A stretch of 64,000 nt of DNA from an uncultured Gemmatimonadales bacterium (GCA_963716255.1 OY970303.1:6304001-6368000); one strand, 5' to 3'. Positions 45,132-55,408 are shown, numbered from the stretch's first letter. Notes: generated from the letters alone by a model not told the origin. Translations and numbers: made by a program.

Positions 45132-45746
45132 ATGCCGGACGCCGCCGACCTCCAGCCGCCGCCCCTGGTCCTGGCCTCCCAGTCGCCCCGCCGCGCCGAG
45201 CTGATCGGCCGCCTGGGGCTTGCATTCGAGACGCTCCCCGCGGACATCGACGAGAGCTACCTGGGCGACGAGATGCCGGCCGCGCACGCGGAGCGCCTGG
45301 CCCGCGAGAAGGCGGCCACCGTGGCCCGCGGCCGCCCGGAGGCGCTGGTGGTGGGCTCGGACACCATCGTGGTGCTGGGGAGCGACGTGCTGGGCAAGCC
45401 GCGCGACGAGGAGCACGCGGTGGAGATGCTGCTGCGCCTTTCCGGCCGCGACCACGAGGTGCACACCGGGATCGCCGTGGCGCACGGCGGCCGCATCGAG
45501 TCCGGGCTGGAGCGCGTCCGCGTCCGCTTCCGCATGCTGGACCGCGCGGAGTGCGAGGAGTACGTGGCTACCCGCGAGCCCATGGACAAGGCGGGCGCCT
45601 ACGGCATCCAGGGCTTCGGCTCGTCCATCGTGGAGCGCGTGGAGGGCGACTACTTCGCGGTGATGGGGCTGCCGGTGGTGCGCATGCTGGCGCTCGTCGA
45701 GCGCTTCGGCTGGCGCTACGCCTTCGGGTCGCTGCGGCCGGCCTGA
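45132..45746 (+). CDS. maf: Maf-family nucleoside triphosphate pyrophosphatase
   Basis: LASQSPRR, KA, GSDTIV, GKP, DKAGAYGIQG, VMGLP. Confidence 0.95.
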   Translation: MPDAADLQPPPLVLASQSPRRAELIGRLGLAFETLPADIDESYLGDEMPAAHAERLAREKAATVARGRPEALVVGSDTIVVLGSDVLGKPRDEEHAVEMLLRLSGRDHEVHTGIAVAHGGRIESGLERVRVRFRMLDRAECEEYVATREPMDKAGAYGIQGFGSSIVERVEGDYFAVMGLPVVRMLALVERFGWRYAFGSLRPA

Positions 45747-45778
45747 CCTCGCGTCCGCACCGCCGGAGGGCGGGCCGT

Positions 45779-45890
45779 CGTAGTTCCCCTCCGTTCCCAA
45801 ATGATGTTGCGGAGGGAGACTCACGCGGCTGTTTGCGTGAGGCTCCCGCAGCTGGAGCGGAGACCCGCCGGCAGTTTGGCGGGGCTCCGC
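45779..45890 (+). repeat. Repeat family B copy 1: tandem GAGAC-stem-GGCNGTTT-stem-GGCTC hairpins
   Basis: gagac tcacgc ggctgttt gcgtga ggctc; gagac ccgcc ggcagttt ggcgg ggctc. Confidence 0.8.
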
Positions 45891-45986
45891 GACCCGCGCA
45901 GGAGACGGACGGCTGTATCGTCCGGCTCCGGAGCGGCCCCAGGGCACGCTCCGGACGCAGCACGACCACCCAGAAGCCCGCCATCC

Positions 45987-47483
45987 ATGATCCTCGCCAT
46001 AGACCAGGGCACCACCGGCACCACCTGCCTCGTCATCGACGCGGACGGGCAGATCCGCGGGCGCGCCTACAGCGAGTTCACGCAGCACTTTCCGCGTCCC
46101 GGCTGGGTGGAGCACGACGCGGAGGAGATCTGGCGCGTGACCCGGGCCATGGCCCACGCGGCGGCGGAGTCCGCGGGGACGGCGCTGGAGCGGCTGGCGG
46201 GGATCGGCATCACCAACCAGCGCGAGACCATCGTGCTGTGGGACCGCGCCACGGGCGAGCCGGTGCACCGCGCGCTGGTGTGGCAGGACGGGCGCACGGC
46301 GGACGCGTGCCGGAGGTTCAAGGCGGAGGGGCGCGAGCCGGAGGTGCGCGAGCGGACGGGGCTGGTGATCGACCCGTACTTCAGCGGCACCAAGCTGGCG
46401 TGGCTGCTGGACCACGTCCCCGGCGCCCGCCGCCGCGCCGAGGCCGGGGAGCTGGCGGCGGGGACCATCGACTCGTGGCTGGTGTGGAAGCTCAGCGGCG
46501 GCCGCCTGCACCTGACCGACCCCACCAACGCCTCGCGGACGCTGCTGTACGGGCTGAGAAGCGGCGAGTGGGAGCCGGGGCTGCTGGACACCTTCGGCGT
46601 GCCGCGCGCGGTGCTCCCCGAGATCCGGGCCTCGTCCGAGGTGTACGGCACGACGGACGGCGCGGCGCTGGGGGCGGAGATCCCGGTGGCGGGGATCGCG
46701 GGCGACCAGCAGGCGGCGCTCTTCGGGCACGGCTGCTGCACCCCCGGCGAGGGAAAGAACACCTACGGCACCGGCGCCTTCCTGCTGCTGCACACCGGCA
46801 CGGAGCCGGTCCCCTCCAGGCACGGGATGCTGACCACGGCGGCGTGCGGGCCGCGCGGGGAGCGTGCCTTCGCGCTGGAGGGCTCGGTGTTCATCGCGGG
46901 CGCGGCGGTGCAGTGGCTGCGCGACGCGGTGGGCGTCATCGCGGAGGCGGCGGAGACGGACGACCTGGCGCGCTCGCTGGACGACAACGACGGCGTGTAC
47001 TTCGTCCCGGCCTTCACCGGGCTGGGCGCGCCGCACTGGGAGCCGGGCGCCCGCGGCACCATCGTGGGTCTCACGCGGGGGACGGGGCGCGCCCACCTGG
47101 CCCGCGCGGCGCTGGAGGCCATGGCGTACTCCACGCGCGACGTGGTGGAGGCGATGGAGGCCGACTCGGGCGCGCGCCTGACCGCCCTGCGCGTGGACGG
47201 CGGCGCCACGGAGAACGACTGGCTGATGCAGTTCCAGGCGGACGTGCTGGGGATCCCGGTGCGCCGCCCGGCGATGGTGGAGATGACCGCCTTCGGGGCG
47301 GCGGGGCTGGCGGGGCTGGCGCTGGGGGTCTGGCGCACGCCGGAGGACTTTCTCGCCGCCCGCCCGGAGACGGCGGACTTCGCGCCGGCCGCGGACCCCG
47401 CGCGCCGCGGCGCCTGGCTGGACGGATGGCGGCGGGCGCTCTCCGCCGCCCGCGCCTGGGCCCACGAAGGGGAGACCCCATGA
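45987..47483 (+). CDS. glpK: Glycerol kinase
   Basis: AIDQGTT, GITNQRET, WQD.RT, DPYFSGTK, GDQQAALFG, KNTYGTG, DGGA. Confidence 0.95.
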   Translation: MILAIDQGTTGTTCLVIDADGQIRGRAYSEFTQHFPRPGWVEHDAEEIWRVTRAMAHAAAESAGTALERLAGIGITNQRETIVLWDRATGEPVHRALVWQDGRTADACRRFKAEGREPEVRERTGLVIDPYFSGTKLAWLLDHVPGARRRAEAGELAAGTIDSWLVWKLSGGRLHLTDPTNASRTLLYGLRSGEWEPGLLDTFGVPRAVLPEIRASSEVYGTTDGAALGAEIPVAGIAGDQQAALFGHGCCTPGEGKNTYGTGAFLLLHTGTEPVPSRHGMLTTAACGPRGERAFALEGSVFIAGAAVQWLRDAVGVIAEAAETDDLARSLDDNDGVYFVPAFTGLGAPHWEPGARGTIVGLTRGTGRAHLARAALEAMAYSTRDVVEAMEADSGARLTALRVDGGATENDWLMQFQADVLGIPVRRPAMVEMTAFGAAGLAGLALGVWRTPEDFLAARPETADFAPAADPARRGAWLDGWRRALSAARAWAHEGETP

Positions 47484-47803
47484 ACCTGTGCATGCTCGTC
47501 CTCTGCTTGTCCCTGCAGCAGGGGACGCCGCAGCGCCCCGCCGACCGCTGGGTCGCCGAGGACAAGTGGAAGCACTTCTTCGCGTCGTTCGTGGTGACGG
47601 CGCTCTCGGCCGCCGCCGTGCGCGCCGCTGGCGCCGACGCGCAGACCAGCGCGCTTGTGGGCGCCGGGGTGGGGACGGGCGTCGGCGCGTGGAAGGAGCT
47701 GCGCGACAGGCGCGACCCCGCCGCCACGCCGTCGCTGCGGGACCTGGCGTGGGACGCGGCCGGAGTGGGCGCCGCCGCGGCGGTGGCGTCCCAGGCGCGG
47801 TAG
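47480..47803 (+). CDS. YfiM/DUF2279-like small membrane protein
   Basis: EDKWKHF, G.WKE..D, S.RDLAWD.AG; ATGA coupling. Confidence 0.7.
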   Translation: MNLCMLVLCLSLQQGTPQRPADRWVAEDKWKHFFASFVVTALSAAAVRAAGADAQTSALVGAGVGTGVGAWKELRDRRDPAATPSLRDLAWDAAGVGAAAAVASQAR

Positions 47804-47865
47804 GGGGACGGCGGTACGGAAGTGCGGAACGGCGCCTCACCTGAGACTGCGGCGAGGGCGCCGTT

Positions 47866-48020
47866 CGTCGTTCCGGCAGTACCCAGATGAATCTGTTCGG
47901 AGGGAGACAGCCGGGTAGGTTCGGCTGGCTCGCTCCGGCGCAGGGAGACTCGCCGGCCGTTTGGCGAGGCTCCCGGAGCCCGCGGAGGAGACTGGCGGGG
48001 CCGTTTCCGCCGGGCTCCGT
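47866..48020 (+). repeat. Repeat family B copy 2 (three hairpin units)
   Basis: Leader similar to 45779; gagac tcgcc ggccgttt ggcga ggctc; gagac tggcgg ggccgttt ccgccg ggctc. Confidence 0.8.
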
Positions 48021-48068
48021 AGCGGTCCATGGGGCCCGACGCAATCCGCGCCCGGCGCGCGGCTCTCC

Positions 48069-48452
48069 TCAGGCCAACGAGGTGGGGCCGAAGTCCGGGG
48101 GCGGGACGAAGGTCACGGCGGCGAGAAGCCCCGAGAGCGCTGCCGGGAGATCGTCCAGCCGGAGCGTTTCCCCGTCGGGGCCGGCGAGCCCACCCCGGTC
48201 GGTGCGGTGCACGGGCACGCCGAACACCCGCCGGAACGTCCCGGCGGGCGCGGTGATCGAGAAGCTGTTCCCCACGGCGCTCCCCACCTGGAACCCGCTC
48301 TCGCGGAAGCCCTCCACGGCCCGCGCGACCGCCTCCGGCGCGGGGGCGAACTCCGCCAGCGTCGCCGCGGTGATGGCGGACGCCCCGTCCGGCGCCCTTC
48401 CGCTCGCGGAGCGGAGCACGACCTGCGCAGAGATCACCTCCCGGTCTTCCAT
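48069..48452 (-). CDS. Stand-alone protease prodomain-like protein
   Basis: RBS aaggagg; aligns by eye with the prodomain of the upstream S8 protease. Confidence 0.6.
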   Translation of the reverse strand: MEDREVISAQVVLRSASGRAPDGASAITAATLAEFAPAPEAVARAVEGFRESGFQVGSAVGNSFSITAPAGTFRRVFGVPVHRTDRGGLAGPDGETLRLDDLPAALSGLLAAVTFVPPPDFGPTSLA

Positions 48453-48547
48453 CCCGTCCTCCTTGGTTGCCGTTCGGCTCCGCGTGCCGGAAGGACCGTG
48501 CCCGCGAATCCCGCCCCGGGCACGATCCGCGGAGAGTCCGCCGGCTC

Positions 48548-50239
48548 CTACGGCACCGCGGGGCCGGAGATCCCCCCGTCGATGATCATCGCTTCCAGCT
48601 CCCGCACGTCCCGCGCGGAGAGCCGCGGCCGGGGCGCCGGCTCGTCCGGGGCCGCGCCGGGTCCCCCCGCCCCCGGCTGCGGAGCGACCGCCTGCGCGAC
48701 CGGCTGGGCGGACGGGTCCGGCCGGACGGGTCCCAGGCACCGGAGCTTGGCGACCATCACCGCCTTGTGGGCGTCCACCAGCCCGTTCCCGGTGGCCGTG
48801 TCCGGGCCCGCGACGGCCGCGTTCCCGCCGGTACTGGGGCTGCACGTGCCCGCCGTCACGTCCCGTGCCGTGCTCATGAGGATGATGCGGACCTCCGCGG
48901 GCGTCAGGGCGGGGCAGGCCTGCTTGACCAGCGCCGCCGCGCCCGCGAGCTGCGGGGCCGCCGCCGAGGTGCCGCTGAAGCATGCCCAGCCGTCCCCGGC
49001 GTCGGTCTCGTCGCCGTCGGGGTGCTCGCCCCCGGCGGTGCCCACGTCCATCTGGTCGCCGGGATCCAGGGGGAGCATGATGTAAGCGGCCCGGGGCAGC
49101 ATCCCCACCAGGCCGCACAGGTCCGGCACCCGCCGCTCCGGGTAGATGCCGCTCATGAAGCCGCTCGCGTAGTCCGACGCCCGCAGCGACTCGTCCGGGG
49201 CCAGGAAGACGCCGCCCGCCGAGATCACGTCGGGGTGCTGCCCCGGGAAGCTCCAGTGCCCGTTCCCCGCGGAAAAGACCACGGTGATCCCGGCCGCCAC
49301 CGCGGCGGCGACGGCCGCGGCGAGCGCCTGGTCCGCCGCGGTCAGCGGCCCCTTCCGCTTGTCACTGCCCCAGCTGCAGGTGATGACGTGCGGGGCGAGC
49401 GCCACGGCGGCGTTGAAGGCGCCGATGGTGTTCACGAAGCTCATCTTCACCGGGAGGAATTCCACGTCCGGGGCCACGGCGAACAGGTTGGCGGACTCCC
49501 CCGTGCCGTGCCCGATCTCGTCCGCCAGGGGGTTGGCGGCCCCGGGGCCCAGCACCACCGGCGCCGCGTGGTACCCGCGCCCCACGAAGTACGGGTGCCT
49601 GAACCACCCGGTGTCCACCATCGCCACCCGCACCCCGCTCCCCGTGACGCCCACCCGGTGCGCCCGGTCCGCGTTGCACCCCAGCGACACGTCGCCCGGA
49701 ACGCGCATGTGCCAGTACGACTTGGGCGGGGCGAACATGGAGGCGCCCATGAAGTAGCGCGGCTCCTCGATGGCGATTCCCTCCAGCACGTCGGCGAACG
49801 GCGTCCCCCGGGGCGAGATCAGCCCCGGCATCTCCGTGTCCGAGGAGTCGATGAACTCCCCGACCGTCGCCTCCCCGAACTCCTTGATGACCGGGCGCTG
49901 CTCCACGTACAGCCGCGTGTTGAAAGCCCGCTGGTACAGCTCGCGCGGCCCGGCGATGTTGATGGAGGCGGGGCTTACCTGCAGCACGTCGAAGCCCGCC
50001 TCCCGGAGCATGGACGCGGCCCGGAGGACGAGCTCCCCCTCCGAAAAGAAGCTCGCCGCGACCGACGAATCGATCCGGTCCTGCGCGTCGAACATGGACA
50101 CGCCGCCGATGGAGTGCGGCGACGCCTGGGCGTAGATCCGCCCGGGAACGGCGAGGGCTTCGCTCCCGGAAGGGGGCGCGCCGGGAACGGATCCGCGCCC
50201 GGTGGCCGTGCTTCGGGTGGTCGTTTTCCGGATGGGCAT
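48548..50239 (-). CDS. S8 family serine peptidase, no evident signal peptide
   Basis: VAMVDTG, GHGT, FSAGN, SGTSAAAPQLAG. Confidence 0.9.
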   Translation of the reverse strand: MPIRKTTTRSTATGRGSVPGAPPSGSEALAVPGRIYAQASPHSIGGVSMFDAQDRIDSSVAASFFSEGELVLRAASMLREAGFDVLQVSPASINIAGPRELYQRAFNTRLYVEQRPVIKEFGEATVGEFIDSSDTEMPGLISPRGTPFADVLEGIAIEEPRYFMGASMFAPPKSYWHMRVPGDVSLGCNADRAHRVGVTGSGVRVAMVDTGWFRHPYFVGRGYHAAPVVLGPGAANPLADEIGHGTGESANLFAVAPDVEFLPVKMSFVNTIGAFNAAVALAPHVITCSWGSDKRKGPLTAADQALAAAVAAAVAAGITVVFSAGNGHWSFPGQHPDVISAGGVFLAPDESLRASDYASGFMSGIYPERRVPDLCGLVGMLPRAAYIMLPLDPGDQMDVGTAGGEHPDGDETDAGDGWACFSGTSAAAPQLAGAAALVKQACPALTPAEVRIILMSTARDVTAGTCSPSTGGNAAVAGPDTATGNGLVDAHKAVMVAKLRCLGPVRPDPSAQPVAQAVAPQPGAGGPGAAPDEPAPRPRLSARDVRELEAMIIDGGISGPAVP

Positions 50240-50637
50240 GGGAAAGCTCCTGGAAAAGGAGAATCATCCTGAGAGGAGTGCCGAGGGAGCCCTGGTCCGG
50301 TGAGGGGCACGCTTTCGGCACCTGTTCGGAATATAGCATGGAATCAGCCATAAATGTTATAAGTGTAGATATCGTGGAGTTGGATCGCGGGTCCCTGTGT
50401 CGGATGTGGGCGGTGGTGGGTCCCCGGCGTGGCGCCCCAGGGGGCGGCCCGCCGGTCTGTGGGCGTCGCCGCGCCCGCCCGGGACACGCGTCGTCCAATC
50501 TCCGGAAAATGCGGGCGATCCCCCACGGCAAGTGGGGAAAAACCTTACGGTTGGGCCCCCACGCGGGTCTTTCTCCGTGCGGCGCCCGGGATTATATTGC
50601 TCCCCGTGTCCACACCCTCTCGCGGAGACGACTCGCC

Positions 50638-51060
50638 TTGAAGAGACAGCACAGATTCGTGGCGGCCGCGCTCGTCCTGGTCGGCATCGTGGGGTACCTG
50701 TTCATCACCGGGATGAAGGACTCCATGATCTACTACTACACGCCGGACGAGCTCCTCGCGAAGACCGCCGCCGACGCGTCGGTGCACGACGTGGGCGTCA
50801 AGGTGGGCGGGCGCGTGGTGCCCGGCACGGTGACGTTCGACCAGCGGACGCTGGACCTGCGCTTCGACGTGGTGGACATCGCCAGCGGCAAGGGACGCTT
50901 CCCGGTGCACTACCAGGGCCCGCTCCCCGACACCTTCGAGGAGGGGCGCGACGTGGTGGTGGAGGGGCGCTACACGCAGGCCGGTGCCTTCGAGGCGACC
51001 ACGGTGCTGACCAAGTGCGGCTCCCGCTACGAAGCGGTCGAAGAGGACTACCGGGCGTGA
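50638..51060 (+). CDS. ccmE: Heme chaperone CcmE, CxxxY variant
   Basis: YYYTPDE, VGG.V.PGT, PDTF.EG..VVVEG, VLTKCGSRY; TTG start inferred. Confidence 0.9.
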   Translation: MKRQHRFVAAALVLVGIVGYLFITGMKDSMIYYYTPDELLAKTAADASVHDVGVKVGGRVVPGTVTFDQRTLDLRFDVVDIASGKGRFPVHYQGPLPDTFEEGRDVVVEGRYTQAGAFEATTVLTKCGSRYEAVEEDYRA

Positions 51061-53114
51061 CGCAGATCGGTGAGGTCGCGCTCTGGGTCGCCCTCCTCCT
51101 GGCGCTCTGGGGGACGGCGACCGCTTTCGTGGGCGGCAGGGCGGGGCGCGGCGACCTGGTCCTTTCCGCCGAGCGCTCGGTGTACGGCGTGCTCGGCCTG
51201 CTCCTGGTGGCCTCCGGCGCCATCATCGCGGCGTTCCTGGGGAACGAGTACCGCTACCAGTACGTGGCCGGCTACTCCAACCGCGAGCTGTCGGTCTTCT
51301 ATAAGGTCACCGGGCTGTGGGCCGGGCAGACCGGCTCGCTGGTGTTCTGGGCGCTGCTGCTGGCGCTGTTCTCGTCGCTCGCGGTGTTCCAGAACCGGGA
51401 GCGCAACCGCGAGTTCATGCCGTACGTCACCGGGACGCTGCTGGTCATCCTGGCCTTCTTCCTGGTGGTGGTGCTGTCGGCGTCCAACCCGTTCAAGCTG
51501 CTGGAGTTCACCCCCGCCGACGGGCGCGGCCTGAACCCGCAGCTCCAGAACTACTGGATGACCATCCACCCCCCCACGCTGTACCTGGGGTTCACCGCCT
51601 TCACCATCCCCTTCGCCTTCGCCGTTTCCGCGCTACTCAGCGGCCGGCTGGACACCCGCTGGATCGCCACGACGCGGCGCTGGACGCTGCTCGCGTGGTT
51701 CTTTCTGACCAACGGGATCATCTTCGGGATGATGTGGGCGTACGTGGAGCTGGGGTGGGGCGGCTGGTGGTTCTGGGACCCGGTCGAGAACGCGTCGCTC
51801 CTCCCCTGGCTCACGGGGACTGCGTACCTGCACTCGGTGATGATCCAGGAGAAGCGGGGGATGCTCAAGGTCTGGAACGTGTTCCTGATCATGGCCACCT
51901 TCCTCCTCAGCATCCTGGCGACCTTCCTGACGCGCTCGGGGCTGATCGAGTCGGTGCACTCGTTCGCCCAGAACCTGACCATCGCCTACATCTTCCTGGG
52001 CTTCCTCGCCACGCTGATCGTGGTGAGCGCGGGGCTGGTGTGGTGGCGCCGCGACCGGCTCGCCTCCGACGCGCAGGTGGAGTCGTTCCTGTCGCGGGAG
52101 GCCGCATTCCTCACCAACAACCTGGTGTTCGTGGCGGCGATGTTCGCCGTGCTCTGGGGGACGCTGTTCCCGCTGATCTCGGAGGGCTTCACCGGGCAGA
52201 AGATCGCCACGGGGCCGCCGTTCTTCGACCGGGTCAACATCCCGCTGGGGCTGCTGCTGCTGGCGCTGATGGGGATCGGGCCGGTGATCGCGTGGCGCAG
52301 GGCCAGCCCGCGCAACCTCAGGCGCAACTTCGTGGGGCCGCTGCTCGCCGGGACGGCGGTGGGATTGGGGATGCTCGCGGGGGGAGTGCGGCACACCTAC
52401 GCCATCCTCACCTTCGCGCTGGGCGCCTTCACGCTGGCGACGGTGGCGATCGAGTTCTGGAAGGGGACCCGCGCCCGCGCCCGCATCGAGGGCGAGGGAG
52501 CGCTGGTCGCGCTCGTCCACCTGGTGGGCCGCAACCGGCGCCGCTACGGCGGCTACATCGTGCACGTGGGGCTGGTGATCGGCTTCATGGGGATCGCCGG
52601 CAAGGCGTTCTACGCGGAGGAGACGCTGGCGCTGCGCCCCGGGGAGAGCATGACCATCGCCTCGCCCTTCGGGCACACGTACCGGCTGACGTACCAGGAC
52701 ATGTCGTGGTACACCGCCACCAACATGACCAAGCTGGTGGCCTCGGTGGTGGTCGAAAAGGGCGGCCGGCGCGCCGGGATGCTGACCGCGGAGAAGCGCA
52801 CCTACCGGCAGCGCGAGGAGGTCGCGAGCGAGGTGGGGATCCGCCGCGCCTGGAACGAGGACCTGTACCTGATCCTCGCCGGGATCGACGATCCCAACGG
52901 CGTGGTGCAGGGGACCAACCCGCGCCCCGTCGCCACCTTCCGGGTGCTGGTGAACGCGCTGGTGCCGTGGATCTGGACCGGCGGCTTCATCATGGCCGTG
53001 GGGACGCTGATCGCGCTGTGGCCGGGCCGCGAGGAGCCGCGCCCTTCGCCGGCCAGGGCCGGGCGCCCCGCCGCCGCCGGGCGGCCGCGCGAGCGCGAGC
53101 TGGTGGAGGCGTGA
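51057..53114 (+). CDS. ccmF: Heme lyase CcmF
   Basis: GLNPQLQ, IHPP.LYLG, WAYVELGWGGWWFWDPVENASLLPW, SVHSFA. Confidence 0.95.
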   Translation: MTQIGEVALWVALLLALWGTATAFVGGRAGRGDLVLSAERSVYGVLGLLLVASGAIIAAFLGNEYRYQYVAGYSNRELSVFYKVTGLWAGQTGSLVFWALLLALFSSLAVFQNRERNREFMPYVTGTLLVILAFFLVVVLSASNPFKLLEFTPADGRGLNPQLQNYWMTIHPPTLYLGFTAFTIPFAFAVSALLSGRLDTRWIATTRRWTLLAWFFLTNGIIFGMMWAYVELGWGGWWFWDPVENASLLPWLTGTAYLHSVMIQEKRGMLKVWNVFLIMATFLLSILATFLTRSGLIESVHSFAQNLTIAYIFLGFLATLIVVSAGLVWWRRDRLASDAQVESFLSREAAFLTNNLVFVAAMFAVLWGTLFPLISEGFTGQKIATGPPFFDRVNIPLGLLLLALMGIGPVIAWRRASPRNLRRNFVGPLLAGTAVGLGMLAGGVRHTYAILTFALGAFTLATVAIEFWKGTRARARIEGEGALVALVHLVGRNRRRYGGYIVHVGLVIGFMGIAGKAFYAEETLALRPGESMTIASPFGHTYRLTYQDMSWYTATNMTKLVASVVVEKGGRRAGMLTAEKRTYRQREEVASEVGIRRAWNEDLYLILAGIDDPNGVVQGTNPRPVATFRVLVNALVPWIWTGGFIMAVGTLIALWPGREEPRPSPARAGRPAAAGRPRERELVEA

Positions 53115-53617
53115 TGCGCCGCCTGCTGACGGCCGCCGCGCTCCTGGCGCTCGCGCTTCCGCTTCGCGCGCAGGACGCCGCCGCACCGGCCGCGCACGCC
53201 ACCGAGGCCCAGGCGACGGAGGCCGTGGCGCACGACGCCATGACGCAGCTGCGCTCGCCGGTGACGCCCTTCCACACGCTGGACATGTGCCCCGACGCGG
53301 CGGCTGCGGCGCTCCGCGACACCGTCCGCGCCGAGGCGGCGGCCGGCAGGACCGCGGACCAGATCATCGAGAGCACCATCGCGCGCCGGGGCGAGGTGCT
53401 GCGCATCGTCCCAAAGCACTCCGGCGTGGGGCTGTGGGCGTGGGTCGCGCCGCCGGCCGTGCTCCTGGGCGGGGCGCTCCTGATCGGCGGGTGGCTGCGC
53501 CGCTCGCGCGCCGGCGCCGCCCCGGACCCCGAGCCGGAGGCGCTGAGCGGCGCCGACCGCGAGCGCCTGGCCGCCGAGCTGGCGGAGTGGGACCGCGAGC
53601 CCGGGGAGGTCGCGTGA
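53114..53617 (+). CDS. ccmH: CcmH-like protein lacking CxxC
   Basis: Signal peptide; LRSPVT..TLDMCP..A.ALR..V; G.WAW..P followed by a TM helix. Confidence 0.65.
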   Translation: MRRLLTAAALLALALPLRAQDAAAPAAHATEAQATEAVAHDAMTQLRSPVTPFHTLDMCPDAAAAALRDTVRAEAAAGRTADQIIESTIARRGEVLRIVPKHSGVGLWAWVAPPAVLLGGALLIGGWLRRSRAGAAPDPEPEALSGADRERLAAELAEWDREPGEVA

Positions 53618-53994
53618 CGCTGCTGGCCGTATCCGTGCTGCTGGCGCTGCTCGCCGGCGCGGCGGTGGTGCACCCGCTGTGGGCGCGCCGCGCCGCGCTG
53701 ATCGGCGACGTGGCCGCGGGCGACGTGCTGGACGCCGAGGCCCGCCGGCGGGTCGCGCTCGCCTCGCTCAAGGAGGTGGAATACGACTACGCCGCCGGCA
53801 AGCTGGACGACGCCGACTACCGCGCCCTCCGCGACCGCCTGGGCGCCGAGGCCATGCGCGCCATCCGCGTCGCGGACCGCCTGCGCGGGATCGAGGCGGC
53901 GGCGCTCCCGGACATCGCCGTCGCCCATGGCTGCGGCTTCGTGAACCCGCCCCGCAGCCGCTTCTGCGCGGGGTGCGGCGCCCGGCTGGCTTGA
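53614..53994 (+). CDS. CcmI-like N-terminal domain with zinc ribbon
   Basis: TM helix, LKEVEYDY..GKL...DY, C-terminal CG..NP..RFCAGCG. Confidence 0.65.
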   Translation: MTLLAVSVLLALLAGAAVVHPLWARRAALIGDVAAGDVLDAEARRRVALASLKEVEYDYAAGKLDDADYRALRDRLGAEAMRAIRVADRLRGIEAAALPDIAVAHGCGFVNPPRSRFCAGCGARLA

Positions 53995-54731
53995 GCGGCG
54001 CGGCCCCGGCGCCCGCCGCCGCGCCGCCGGTGGAGGCGCGCGGGGTGGAAAAGTGGTACGGTCCGCATCCCGCGGTGCGCGGGGTGAGCTTCGCGCTGGC
54101 GGCGGGCGAGTTCCTCGCGCTCTTCGGGCCCAACGGGGCGGGGAAGAGCACCCTGCTGCGCTGCCTGGCCGGGCTGGCGCGTCCCACCCGCGGCCAGGTC
54201 CTCATCGCGGGCGAGGCGGTGACGGGCGGCGACGGCGCCTGGCGGCGCGGCATCGGCGTGCTGTCGCACCAGACCTACCTGTACGCGGGACTCAGCGCCG
54301 CCGAGAACCTGGAGTTCTACGGGCGCCTGTACGGGTTGGACCGCCTGCGCGAGCGGGTGGGCGAGGCGCTGGAGGGGGTGGGGCTCTGGGAGCGCCGCGG
54401 CGACCGGGTGCGCGGCTTCTCGCGGGGGATGCAGCAGCGACTCGCGCTCGCCCGCACCCTGCTGCACGACCCCCGGCTGGTGCTGCTGGACGAGCCGTAC
54501 ACCGGCCTGGATCCCCACGCCGCGGCCATGCTGGGCGGCGTGCTGGAGCGGCTCCGCGACGGGGCGCGCACGGTGGTGCTGGTGACGCACAACCTGTCGC
54601 AGGGGCTGGAGCTGGCGAGCCGCGTCGCCATCCAGGTGGGCGGCCGCTGGATCTCGGACGAGCCCCGCACCGCCGTGGACGCCGGCCGCTGGGAGCGCGT
54701 CTACACCGAGCGCGTGGCGGGCGCGGCGTAG
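53991..54731 (+). CDS. ccmA: Heme exporter ATPase CcmA
   Basis: GPNGAGKS, FSRGMQQR, LLDEPYTGLD. Confidence 0.9.
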   Translation: MSGAAPAPAAAPPVEARGVEKWYGPHPAVRGVSFALAAGEFLALFGPNGAGKSTLLRCLAGLARPTRGQVLIAGEAVTGGDGAWRRGIGVLSHQTYLYAGLSAAENLEFYGRLYGLDRLRERVGEALEGVGLWERRGDRVRGFSRGMQQRLALARTLLHDPRLVLLDEPYTGLDPHAAAMLGGVLERLRDGARTVVLVTHNLSQGLELASRVAIQVGGRWISDEPRTAVDAGRWERVYTERVAGAA

Positions 54732-55408
54732 GTGGGCCGCTTCCTGGGGCAGGCCCTGGCGGTCGCGCGCAAGGACCTGGTGCTGGAGCTGCGCTCGCGC
54801 GAGCGCCTGGTGGTTTCCGCCACCTTCGCCGTGCTGGTCGCGGTGGTGTTCAGCTTCTCGCTGGACCCCACCCTCCGGGCCCGCAGCTTCGCCGGGGCGA
54901 TGATCTGGGTCACGGTGATCTTCGCCGGCATCCTGGGGCTGGGGCGCTCCTTCGCCATGGAGCGCGAGCAGGAGGCGCTCTCCGGCCTGCTCCTCGCTCC
55001 CGTGGACCGCGGCGCGCTCTTCCTGGGGAAGTTCGCCGCCAACCTCGCGATCCTGCTGGCCGTGGAGCTCGTCGTCTTCCCGGTGTACGCCCTGTTCTTC
55101 GGGCTGGACTTCAGCGGGGCGCTCGGCGGGATCGCGCTGATCGTGCTTCTCGCCTCGACCGGGTTCATGCTGCTGGGGACGCTGTTCGCGGCGGTCTCCG
55201 CGCACACCCGGCTGGGGGAAACGGTGCTCCCGGTGCTCCTCCTCCCGCTGCTCATCCCGGTGGTGATCTTCGCCGTCTCGGGGACGCAGCGGCTGCTGGT
55301 GGGGCGCCCCCTGGAGGAGGTGGGGGAAACCTCCGCATGCTCCTGGCCTTCGACCTGATCTACCTGTTCATATGCCCCCTGGTCTTCGGTTCGGTGGTGG
55401 AGGAGTGA
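54732..55408 (+). CDS. ccmB: Heme exporter permease CcmB (apparent -1 frameshift at ~55322-55326)
   Basis: KDL..E.R, F..ERE, LPVLLLPLLIPV; last TM (LRMLLAFDLIYLF..VVEE*) lies in another frame. Confidence 0.85.
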
